Position numbers and translations under genes: made by a program | In this document: one piece after another, positions 30,196-38,270 of the stretch | How positions within the stretch are numbered: position 1 is the stretch's first letter | Layout: every line of letters begins with the position of its first letter | Notes under the pieces: generated by a model | Told to the model about the DNA's origin: nothing | The model's database searches: none | The model's input: the letters and a program-made list of their open reading frames with translations, nothing else | NCBI GenBank assembly: GCA_945936135.1 | Contig: CAMESG010000002.1 | Span: forward strand, 107,897 to 171,896 | Length of the DNA: 64,000 nucleotides | DNA from: an uncultured Mollicutes bacterium | Lineage (GTDB): Bacteria > Bacillota_I > Bacilli_A > RFN20 > CAG-826 | Direction of reading: 5' to 3'

Positions 30196-31290
30196 TTAAG
30201 CATTTTCTTTTTCTTGGAGGCCTTGCACGAAAATCACGGCGTTCTTGAGCACCATGCGATCGGAGTCAAAACTCAAGGTTCGATAAGCATCTTCTGGCGA
30301 AAGCCAATAGGCTGCAGAGACTTCCTTTCCATCGACCTTCACCTCTCCTTCTGCCTCCACGGCAAAGAAGGTCACCTTTTTCAAAACCCCAGGGCAAGGG
30401 GAATAGAAGATGGAAGTTTCAAAAGGCTCATAGAATGAGGAGACCGTTAAGTCCGTTTCTTCAAAAAGCTCACGTCTCGCGGTGTCTTTTCCGTCTTTGT
30501 CAAAAAATTCAACGTGTCCTTTTGGAAGGGAATAATGTCCAAGACCCATATGCTCGACGAGAACCTTCCCCTCACGGAACACGACCGCGCCATAAGAAGT
30601 TTCTTGTTTCCCAAGAAGGGAAGAAAGAGCTTTAAAGTCATCGTCGCTGATGCCGATGGCTTCGAAATAGTCTTCTAACGATCCATAACGATCCATGAAG
30701 CGTTCATAAAAGGTCGGAAAGAAATCGAGGTTTGGCGTTGCCATCAAAGGTGCAATGTCCGGGCGATGCTTTCTTGTTTCCGCGGTCATCTTCGGAAGCA
30801 AGGGATAGCTCAGCATATAATCCGCGTTCACATCTTCCAAAGGGACGCCTTGAAGGAGCAACAACACCATCGAAATGGCGCCCGTTCGGTCTTTCCCGGC
30901 AGTGCAATGGAAGACCAAGGGTTTTGGGCAAGCGAGGATCGCTTTGAAGATTGCTCTTGCGCTTCGCGGGTCTTCCAACATTTCCATGTAGGAATCCAAT
31001 TGATCTTCGACGTCGGTCGGAATCCTCCCCCCGCCGTTCACCGGCAAGGAAAAATAGAGAAACCGAGGATCGTTCTTCATGGGATCTGGATAGGCTTCTG
31101 ACGATGCAATATCGCGCAAATCCAAGACGGTTTTGATGCCAAGCGAAGCAATTTTATCCACGTCTTTCTCGCTCGCGAAGTTCAATGCAGCGGAACGATA
31201 AATCACCCCAAATGATGTTTCTCCATAGGAGCAGGGGTAGCCGCCTAGATCGCGGAAATTCTCGATGTTTTCAAATTTGATGGTTCTCAT
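30196..31290 (-). CDS. Tyrosine-protein phosphatase (Y_phosphatase3) fused to a C-terminal NUDIX hydrolase
   Basis: 'NFRDLGGY', 'HCTAGKDRTG' P-loop; 'LPKGHVE...TARRELFEET' Nudix box. Confidence 0.88.
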   Translation of the reverse strand: MRTIKFENIENFRDLGGYPCSYGETSFGVIYRSAALNFASEKDVDKIASLGIKTVLDLRDIASSEAYPDPMKNDPRFLYFSLPVNGGGRIPTDVEDQLDSYMEMLEDPRSARAIFKAILACPKPLVFHCTAGKDRTGAISMVLLLLQGVPLEDVNADYMLSYPLLPKMTAETRKHRPDIAPLMATPNLDFFPTFYERFMDRYGSLEDYFEAIGISDDDFKALSSLLGKQETSYGAVVFREGKVLVEHMGLGHYSLPKGHVEFFDKDGKDTARRELFEETDLTVSSFYEPFETSIFYSPCPGVLKKVTFFAVEAEGEVKVDGKEVSAAYWLSPEDAYRTLSFDSDRMVLKNAVIFVQGLQEKENA

Positions 31291-31319
31291 GCCCTCTATT
31301 CTATCGGTTTCAAGCAAAG

Positions 31320-31350
31320 AAAAAAGCGTCTCCTTTTGCGGGAAACGCTT
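31320..31350 (-). terminator. Terminator after mscL
   Basis: AAGCGT..CC/GG..ACGCTT hairpin plus T-tract on the minus strand. Confidence 0.6.
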
Positions 31351-31367
31351 CGGAAACAGAAGGGACG

Positions 31368-32051
31368 CTATTTTGCAGCGTTCTGCTTTTTGAGCTCTTC
31401 GAGCATCGCGGTCAAAATTTCTTTTTCGGTCGGTTCGGGCTTTCCAGGTTCTGGCGGGACCGGACGTTCTTCCGGGTGTTGCTCGTAGTACTTTTCAAGG
31501 GCAGCGAGTTTAATCTCTTCGCGCTTCTTGGCGAAGGCGGCGGCGACTTTGACGACGACGAACAAGGTGGCGGCGATGATCAAGAACGAGATGATTGCGT
31601 TGATGAACGCGCCCCAATCGATAACGGCCGACGCGTTGAAGGCGTAGGTTTGCCCATGGAGGGTGTAGCTGGAGAGAAGCTTGCTTTGCCAGTTGAAGAA
31701 TTCGGTGCTTCCGATTTCGACCCTGCCAGCCCCATTAGCTTCCGCGAAGCTTTGGGTCATCGCGTTCAAATCATTGATGTTGAAGCGTTGACCAACCCCG
31801 GCAAGACCTTGCTGGGCTTCATTCGCCGCGGGCAACACGGTGATCAAGCCCTTGATGCCACCAGGGAGTCCCCAAGAGACCAAGGACATCAAGATGTTGA
31901 CGAGGGAATTGACGATCGCGTTGAAGGCGCCGCCAACAATGACACCAACCGCCATATCAAGGACATTACCTCTCGAAATAAAGGCCTTGAATTCGGTCCA
32001 CAAAGCTTTGAGCTTTCCGGAACCCTTCTTCTTTTTCTTTTCTTTTGACAT
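31368..32051 (-). CDS. mscL: Large-conductance mechanosensitive channel, extended
   Basis: '[24 protein letters not shown]', '[15 protein letters not shown]'. Confidence 0.9.
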   Translation of the reverse strand: MSKEKKKKKGSGKLKALWTEFKAFISRGNVLDMAVGVIVGGAFNAIVNSLVNILMSLVSWGLPGGIKGLITVLPAANEAQQGLAGVGQRFNINDLNAMTQSFAEANGAGRVEIGSTEFFNWQSKLLSSYTLHGQTYAFNASAVIDWGAFINAIISFLIIAATLFVVVKVAAAFAKKREEIKLAALEKYYEQHPEERPVPPEPGKPEPTEKEILTAMLEELKKQNAAK

Positions 32052-32250
32052 AAATGTCTCCTTTTGGATGCGTTTATCCTATTCCAAAGGAATACCTTCA
32101 TCAACCGCATATGTAAGGATTGCTGAAACATGTTCCCCATAAACCTTATTTTCAAACGATGAACTTTCTTTCCTCATGAACCGCGATGGCGAATATTTCT
32201 ATCCCTCGACAAAATCGGGATAACACGAGGACTTTATAGGAACAAGAACC

Positions 32251-32932
32251 ATGAAAAAGAAACCTTATATCACCTGTTATATGATGATGTCGATCGATGG
32301 AAGAATCGACTGCGCGATGACCGCCGAACCCCCGGGCGTCGAAGAATATTACCCGTTGCTTTCGTAATCGAATTTTGATGACGTGGTCAGCGGTCGCGTT
32401 ACCGCGGAACTTGAACTCGCAAAAAAAGGCAAATTCGCCCCAATAGAGAACATTCCCGTCAACGTTGAAACCGTGTCGAACAAATCAAGCGGCAAAAAGC
32501 ATTACGAGATCATTATGGATTCAAGAGGCACGTTATTGTGGAAAGACGATAGCGAATACGATAAGGAAATGCTCATCATCACTTCCGAAAAAGTGAGCAA
32601 AGAATACTTGGAATATCTCGATCAAAAACACATTTCCTATATTGCATCAGGCGAAGGGAAAATCGACCTTGCCCGAGCGATGGAGATATTGGGCGAATCC
32701 TTCGGCGTGAAGACCGTCGGCGTTGTAGGCGGATCTAAGATCAACACCGCGTTTTTTGGACGCCGGCCTTTTGGGCGAAGTCCTGTTGCTTATCGGGGCG
32801 GGGATCGATGGAAGGCCCTCATTCCCAACGGTGTTTGAAGGCAATGAAGAAAGATCGTTGATTCTTTTGAAACTCGTCGAAGCAAAGGCCTATGAATCCG
32901 GTGCGGTGCTCGTTCGATATAAAACGAAATAA
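32251..32932 (+). pseudogene. RibD C-terminal / dihydrofolate-reductase-family reductase pseudogene
   Basis: MKKKPYITCYMMMSIDGRID..; in-frame TAA at 32365-32367; extra T in the T6 run at 32752-32757. Removing it restores 'AFLDAGLLGEV...GAVLVRYKTK*'. Confidence 0.85.
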
Positions 32933-33482
32933 ATCCCGTTAAATCGATTAGGGGCAAAAACGTTTTTCTGTCAAGGAAAACACCCACCGAAAAATTTCGC
33001 GAACTCATTTTGTCGAAATTTTGGTTACCTTCTACTAGAAAAGGGCTAAAGTTTCCGTCCAGTTCGCGGTTTCTTTTTTTCTTTGAAATGGGCCCATCTC
33101 CTTGCAAGCCCTAAAAAAGTGGCGAACAATCGCAAATATCAAAAGAAAATCGCGATGATTCCATTTTGTTTTCGCCCCAATATCAAAATTCCTGTGATAA
33201 TGTTGAGGCAAATTTTCTTGGTCTAAGGTCGGTTTTTCTTTCCGCTATTTTCCAAGTTTCCAAGAAAAATGGTCCAAAAAATCAAGAGTTTATAAATACA
33301 TAAAGATTAGTGTTTTTCGAAGGTTTTAAATTAGTTTTTTACACCGTATAACGGTGCCAGTTTCCCATTTTGAATGTTAAGGAAAATTCAGAAAGAAAAA
33401 AGTGCAAGCCATCGGAAGTATTTCTTTATTGCTCGCAAGAATAGCAAAGAAAAAGAATACGAAAAGCGAGCAAGCGCTCAAC

Positions 33483-33510
33483 TTGCAAGAAAAACAAATG
33501 TCCTTATAGT
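33483..33510 (+). promoter_or_regulatory. Putative sigma-A promoter of nrdD
   Basis: TTGCAA-16-TATAGT, about 110 nt upstream of the ATG. Confidence 0.45.
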
Positions 33511-33621
33511 TATCTAAGCACGCCCCCTAAAGGGTTTGTCGAAACGTTGTATTGAATTAGACGTTTTTATAGCCCTAATTTTTCTACGCGTTGCTTGTTC
33601 TAAAATGCAGGAGATAGCCAC

Positions 33622-36000
33622 ATGCTGAACGTCATCAAAAGAGACGGGTCGCTCGTACCGTTCGACCTCAAAAAAATCGAAAGCGCCTTGGAACGCGCTT
33701 TCCTCGCGGAGCACAAAGACGCTTCGTCGCAAATCATTGAATTGCTCGCTTTGCGCGTCACTTCCGTCTTCAATCCAAAGATCAAAGACGAAAAGATTTC
33801 CGTCGAAGACATCCAGGACGCCGTTGAAATCGTCTTGATCCAAGCCAATTACATCGATGTGGCGCGTTCTTATATGGACTACCGTAAGAAGCATGCCGCC
33901 TTGCGCCAAGTCAAAACCACGAGTCTGGATTTCAAGAATGTCGTTGATAACTATCTTCGCATCGCCGACTGGCGCGTCAAGGAAAACTCGACCGTCACGT
34001 ACTCTGTCGGTGGCTTGATCCTTTCGAACTCCGGTGCGGTCACCGCGAACTACTGGTTGAGCGAAGTCTATGACAAGGAAATCGCCGATGCCCACCGCAA
34101 CGCCGATATTCACATCCACGACCTTTCGATGCTTACCGGCTATTGCGCTGGTTGGTCCCTCAAGCAATTGATCCAGCAAGGCCTTGGCGGCGTTCCGGGC
34201 AAGATCACTTCTTCTCCCGCCCGCCACTTGATGACCCTTTGCAACCAAATGGTCAACTTCCTCGGCATCATGCAAAACGAATGGGCGGGCGCACAAGCTT
34301 TCTCTTCGTTTGATACCTATCTCGCCCCGTTCGTCCGCGTGGATCACCTCACCTATAAAGAAGTCAAGCAGTGCATCCAATCCTTCATCTATGGCGTTAA
34401 CACCCCGTCTCGTTGGGGGACCCAAGCGCCGTTTACCAACATCACCTTGGACTGGACCGTCCCGAACGACCTCAAGAACATGCCAGCTCTCGTTGGCGGC
34501 AAGGAAATGGACTTCACCTATGGCGATTGCACCGAGGAAATGGCGATGGTCAACCGTGCCTTCATCGAAGTCATGATCGAAGGCGACGCCAATGGCCGCG
34601 GCTTCCAATACCCGATCCCGACCTACTCCATCACCAAGGACTTCGACTGGAGCCCGACGGAGAACAACAAACTCCTCTTCCAAATGACCGCAAAATACGG
34701 CACCCCGTACTTCTCGAACTACATCAATTCCGACATGGAACCGAGCGATGTTCGTTCCATGTGCTGCCGTTTGCGCCTTGATTTGCGCGAATTACGCAAA
34801 AAGAGTGGCGGCTTCTTCGGCTCTGGCGAAAGCACCGGATCCGTCGGCGTTGTCACAATCAACATGCCACGCATCGCTTATCTAGCGACCGACAAAGAAG
34901 ACTTCTACGCTCGTTTGGATCGCTTGATGGACATCTCCGCCCGTTCGCTCCGCGTGAAGCGCCAAACGATCGAGAAACTCTTGGAAGCGGGTCTATATCC
35001 CTACACCAAGCATTACCTCGGCAGTTTCAACAACCACTTCTCCACGATCGGTTTGGTCGGCATGAACGAAGTCTGCCTCAACGCCCGTTGGATCAAGAAA
35101 GACCTCACGAACAAGGAAGCCCAAGACTTCACCGTTGAAGTGCTCAACCACATGAGAGAACGCCTCTCCGATTACCAAGAGAAATACGGCGACCTTTATA
35201 ACCTTGAAGCGACCCCCGCGGAATCCACGGCCTTCCGTCTTGCCAAGCACGACAAGGAACGTTACCCGGACATTATCGCCGCGTCCGAAAACGGCGAAAC
35301 CCCGTATTACACGAACTCTTCTCACTTGCCCGTCGGCTACACCGAAGACATCTTCGCCGCCTTAGACATCGAAGACCGCTTCCAGACCCTCTATACCTCC
35401 GGCACCGTCTTCCACGCCTTCCTTGGGCAACGCTTGCCGGATTGGGAATCCTGCATGAAGCTCGTTCGCAAGATCGCGGAAAACTACAAGCTCCCCTACT
35501 ACACCATGTCCCCGACCTACTCCGTCTGCAAAGACCACGGATACCTCGCCGGCGAACAATGGAAATGCCCGATCTGCGGCAAGGAAGCCGAAGTCTATTC
35601 CCGTATCACCGGCTACTACCGCCCGGTCAAGAACTGGAACGCCGGCAAAGTTCAAGAATTCAAGCAGCGCAAGACCTACGAGGTCAAAGATAGTTCCGAG
35701 CCTCATGCGCACGAAGAACATTGCGCCTGCTGCGAGCACGGAACGAAAGCCGCGCCGAAAGCCGAGGAGATCATGCTCTTCACTTCCCCGACCTGCCCGA
35801 ACTGCAAGATCGCCAAGATGCTCTTGGACAAAGCGGACATCGCCTATCAAAACATCGATGCCCTCACGCATAAGGATCTCGCGCTCGCCTATGGCGTGAA
35901 GCAAGCCCCGACCTTGATCGCTCCAAGCGAAGAAGGCTTCCGCGTCTACGAGAACGCCTCCAACATCAAAGAGTTCATCGCCAACGCGAAAAAGAACTAA
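33622..36000 (+). CDS. nrdD: Class III (anaerobic) ribonucleoside-triphosphate reductase with N-terminal ATP-cone and C-terminal glutaredoxin/NrdH-like domain
   Basis: ATP-cone 'VIKRDGSLVPFD', 'SMCCRL' finger loop, 'LEATPAE', Zn site CKDH..CPIC, glycyl-radical 'RITGY', C-terminal 'TCPNCK'. Confidence 0.95.
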   Translation: MLNVIKRDGSLVPFDLKKIESALERAFLAEHKDASSQIIELLALRVTSVFNPKIKDEKISVEDIQDAVEIVLIQANYIDVARSYMDYRKKHAALRQVKTTSLDFKNVVDNYLRIADWRVKENSTVTYSVGGLILSNSGAVTANYWLSEVYDKEIADAHRNADIHIHDLSMLTGYCAGWSLKQLIQQGLGGVPGKITSSPARHLMTLCNQMVNFLGIMQNEWAGAQAFSSFDTYLAPFVRVDHLTYKEVKQCIQSFIYGVNTPSRWGTQAPFTNITLDWTVPNDLKNMPALVGGKEMDFTYGDCTEEMAMVNRAFIEVMIEGDANGRGFQYPIPTYSITKDFDWSPTENNKLLFQMTAKYGTPYFSNYINSDMEPSDVRSMCCRLRLDLRELRKKSGGFFGSGESTGSVGVVTINMPRIAYLATDKEDFYARLDRLMDISARSLRVKRQTIEKLLEAGLYPYTKHYLGSFNNHFSTIGLVGMNEVCLNARWIKKDLTNKEAQDFTVEVLNHMRERLSDYQEKYGDLYNLEATPAESTAFRLAKHDKERYPDIIAASENGETPYYTNSSHLPVGYTEDIFAALDIEDRFQTLYTSGTVFHAFLGQRLPDWESCMKLVRKIAENYKLPYYTMSPTYSVCKDHGYLAGEQWKCPICGKEAEVYSRITGYYRPVKNWNAGKVQEFKQRKTYEVKDSSEPHAHEEHCACCEHGTKAAPKAEEIMLFTSPTCPNCKIAKMLLDKADIAYQNIDALTHKDLALAYGVKQAPTLIAPSEEGFRVYENASNIKEFIANAKKN

Positions 36001-36018
36001 CGATCCGTTTCACTCTTT

Positions 36019-36047
36019 GGCCCTTCCCTTATGGGAGGGGCCTTCTT
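36019..36047 (+). terminator. Hairpin between nrdD and trxB (weak terminator or stabiliser)
   Basis: GGCCCTTCCC/GGGAGGGGCC stem followed by TTCTT. Confidence 0.55.
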
Positions 36048-36064
36048 CATCTAAGGAGAACGAC

Positions 36065-36982
36065 ATGATTTACGATTGCATCATTGTGGGCGCAGGCCCC
36101 GCGGGCATGACGTCCGCCCTCTACCTATTAAGGGCAAACAAATCCGTTTTATTGCTTGAATCCTCGGGGATCGGAGGACAGATCGCGATTTCCCCGCGTT
36201 TGGAAAACTATCCTTCCATCCCTTCGATCTCAGGTTCGGAATTCGCCGATCACCTTTTTGATCAAATCAGCAACCTAGGGGTGGAATTCGATCTTTCAAC
36301 CATCCAAAGCATCGAAAAGAAAGAAGGATCATTCCTTTTAAACGGCGATTCTGGCGAGACCTATGAAGGCCGTTCGGTAATCCTTGCGACAGGGTGCAAC
36401 CATCGTCATTTAAACATCCCGGGCGAAGAGGAATTGACCGGCAAAGGGGTTTCCTATTGCGCGACCTGCGACGGGGCTTTCTTCCAAGGCGAAGATGTCG
36501 TTGTGATTGGAGATGCCAACAGCGCCCTTCAATACGCGATCACGCTTTCCTCCCTTTGCAAGCATGTAACCATCGTGACTTTGTTCGATCGATATTTCGC
36601 CGATCCAATCCTTGTCCAACGGCTGTCCGAATTGAAGAACGTGGACGAATATCACAACCTATCCGCGACGCGTTTCATCGGGGAAGATGAATTGCAAGCC
36701 GTGGAATTCGAAGATACGATGAACCACTCAACGAAGACCATCCCGTGCAAAGGCTGCTTCGTCGCGATTGGCCAAATCCCGCATAACGAACCCTTCCTCC
36801 CCTGTGTCGATTTGGATCATGGGTTCATCGTCGCGGATGAATCGGGAGAAACAAAAACCCCAGGGCTATACGCCGCCGGGGATTGCCGCACCAAGGCCAT
36901 TCGTCAAGTCGCTACCGCAATAGGCGATGGAGCGAACGCCGCCATGAGCGCGCTTCGTTATTTAGAATCGTTCGCGTCGTAA
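36065..36982 (+). CDS. trxB: Thioredoxin-disulfide reductase
   Basis: 'GAGPAG', 'GVSYCATCDG', 'GLYAAGD', 'RQVATA.GDG'; AAGGAG SD before ATG 36065. Confidence 0.92.
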   Translation: MIYDCIIVGAGPAGMTSALYLLRANKSVLLLESSGIGGQIAISPRLENYPSIPSISGSEFADHLFDQISNLGVEFDLSTIQSIEKKEGSFLLNGDSGETYEGRSVILATGCNHRHLNIPGEEELTGKGVSYCATCDGAFFQGEDVVVIGDANSALQYAITLSSLCKHVTIVTLFDRYFADPILVQRLSELKNVDEYHNLSATRFIGEDELQAVEFEDTMNHSTKTIPCKGCFVAIGQIPHNEPFLPCVDLDHGFIVADESGETKTPGLYAAGDCRTKAIRQVATAIGDGANAAMSALRYLESFAS

Positions 36983-37665
36983 TCACGCAACGCCGCAGAG
37001 GGAACGTAACGAGCCACAATTCGTTGCAAAACCTCTGCTTTTTCTTTGGAAATAGGATGGAAACCATGTTCGATGCAATGTTCATTATCGATGTAGCGTT
37101 GCAAGAAATAGTGTTTGCACCCTGCAATCCAATGCCCGATTTCTTCCATGGACTCCTCGTCGTGAAACTCTTTCATGATCGTCGTGCGGAATTCGTGTTC
37201 CACGTTCGAATCTTCTAGCAAACGGACCGAACGGTCGATCTTCTCTAGGTCGACTTTCACCCCCGCGGTCTTCGAATACCGCATCGGGGCGTTCTTGATA
37301 TCCATTGCAACGTAATCGACGAGATGCTCCTTAAGCAGTTCTTCCAATAAATCAGGGTTCCACCCGTTCGTATCAAGTTTCACGAGATAGCCAAGATCTT
37401 TGATGGCTTTGATCTTTTCCTTTAGGTCCGGCATCAAGGTCGGTTCGCCTCCCGTGATGCAAACGGCATCCAAAATCCCAACCCTTTTCTTCAAATAAGA
37501 CAGGATCTCTTCAAATGGGATTTTGGGGGCTTCCCCGGGGTTTAGCACAAGATCCGCGTTATGACAAAAAGGGCAACGGAAAGGGCAACCCGCCATAAAA
37601 AGGGTCGTTGAAATATGGTGATCGAAATCAACCAAAGAAAGTTTTTCCCAGCCTGAAAAGTCCAT
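36958..37665 (-). CDS. nrdG: Anaerobic RNR activating protein (radical SAM)
   Basis: 'GCPFRCPFCHN', 'ITGGEPT', 'KLDTNG', 'VAMDIK', 'EFRTT'; start ATG 37665. Confidence 0.92.
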   Translation of the reverse strand: MDFSGWEKLSLVDFDHHISTTLFMAGCPFRCPFCHNADLVLNPGEAPKIPFEEILSYLKKRVGILDAVCITGGEPTLMPDLKEKIKAIKDLGYLVKLDTNGWNPDLLEELLKEHLVDYVAMDIKNAPMRYSKTAGVKVDLEKIDRSVRLLEDSNVEHEFRTTIMKEFHDEESMEEIGHWIAGCKHYFLQRYIDNEHCIEHGFHPISKEKAEVLQRIVARYVPSAALRDYDANDSK

Positions 37666-37670
37666 AATTA

Positions 37671-38270
37671 TTAGCCCACTTTGACTTTGTCCGTTATGAG
37701 GCGGATGGGTTTCGCTGGCGTTCCCGCCGCAAAATACCCCGCAGGGATCTCCCCCATAACGACAGAGCCCGCACCGATCACGCAACGATCGCCAATCTTG
37801 GAACCGCCCGTGACGATGACGCCGCTAGCAAGCCAAACGTCATTCCCGATTTCAATGGGTTTCGCGTATTCACGATCGCAAAGGCCTTCGGGATATTCTT
37901 GAACCCTGCGTTCCGAAGCAACCAAAGGGTGAACGGGGGTCACGATTTGGACGTTGGGTCCCGCCATGAAATCATTGCCGATTCTTATGGGCGCGCAATC
38001 AAGGATGACCGCGTTATAGTTCATGAAGCAGCGATCCCCAAAGTACGTGTTTTCTCCGTAATCCGCCTGAACGCCCGACTCAATGCGTAATTCTTTTCCG
38101 GCATTAGGAAATAACTGACGAATGAGTTTTTCTCTTTTCTTCTCGCTGGAAGGGTCCGTTTTGTTGTAGCGGTACGCCAAACGAATCGCCCTTTCGTGGC
38201 GCTTCTTCAATTCGGGGTCTCCGGTGCTATAAAGCTTGCCGGCAAGCATTTTTTCTCTTTCCGTCATCAT
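37671..38270 (-). CDS. Sugar (maltose) O-acetyltransferase
   Basis: 'TEREKMLAGKLY', 'DYGEN', hexapeptide repeats, 'AGTPAK'. Confidence 0.9.
   Translation of the reverse strand: MMTEREKMLAGKLYSTGDPELKKRHERAIRLAYRYNKTDPSSEKKREKLIRQLFPNAGKELRIESGVQADYGENTYFGDRCFMNYNAVILDCAPIRIGNDFMAGPNVQIVTPVHPLVASERRVQEYPEGLCDREYAKPIEIGNDVWLASGVIVTGGSKIGDRCVIGAGSVVMGEIPAGYFAAGTPAKPIRLITDKVKVG

Noticed and set aside
32365-32367. In-frame stop as evidence of recoding or an alternative genetic code
   Set aside because: It is TAA and is accompanied by a separate frameshift. Other genes end normally at TAA, TAG and TGA, and Trp is TGG, so code 11 applies.
32933-33621. oriC or dif site in the long AT-rich gap
   Set aside because: No cluster of TTATCCACA DnaA boxes and no XerC/D dif consensus found by eye.
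33514-34683. 389-aa minus-strand ORF over nrdD, and similar shadows over metG, gdpP and the membrane protein
   Set aside because: Same codon-bias shadow effect; they overlap confidently identified genes.
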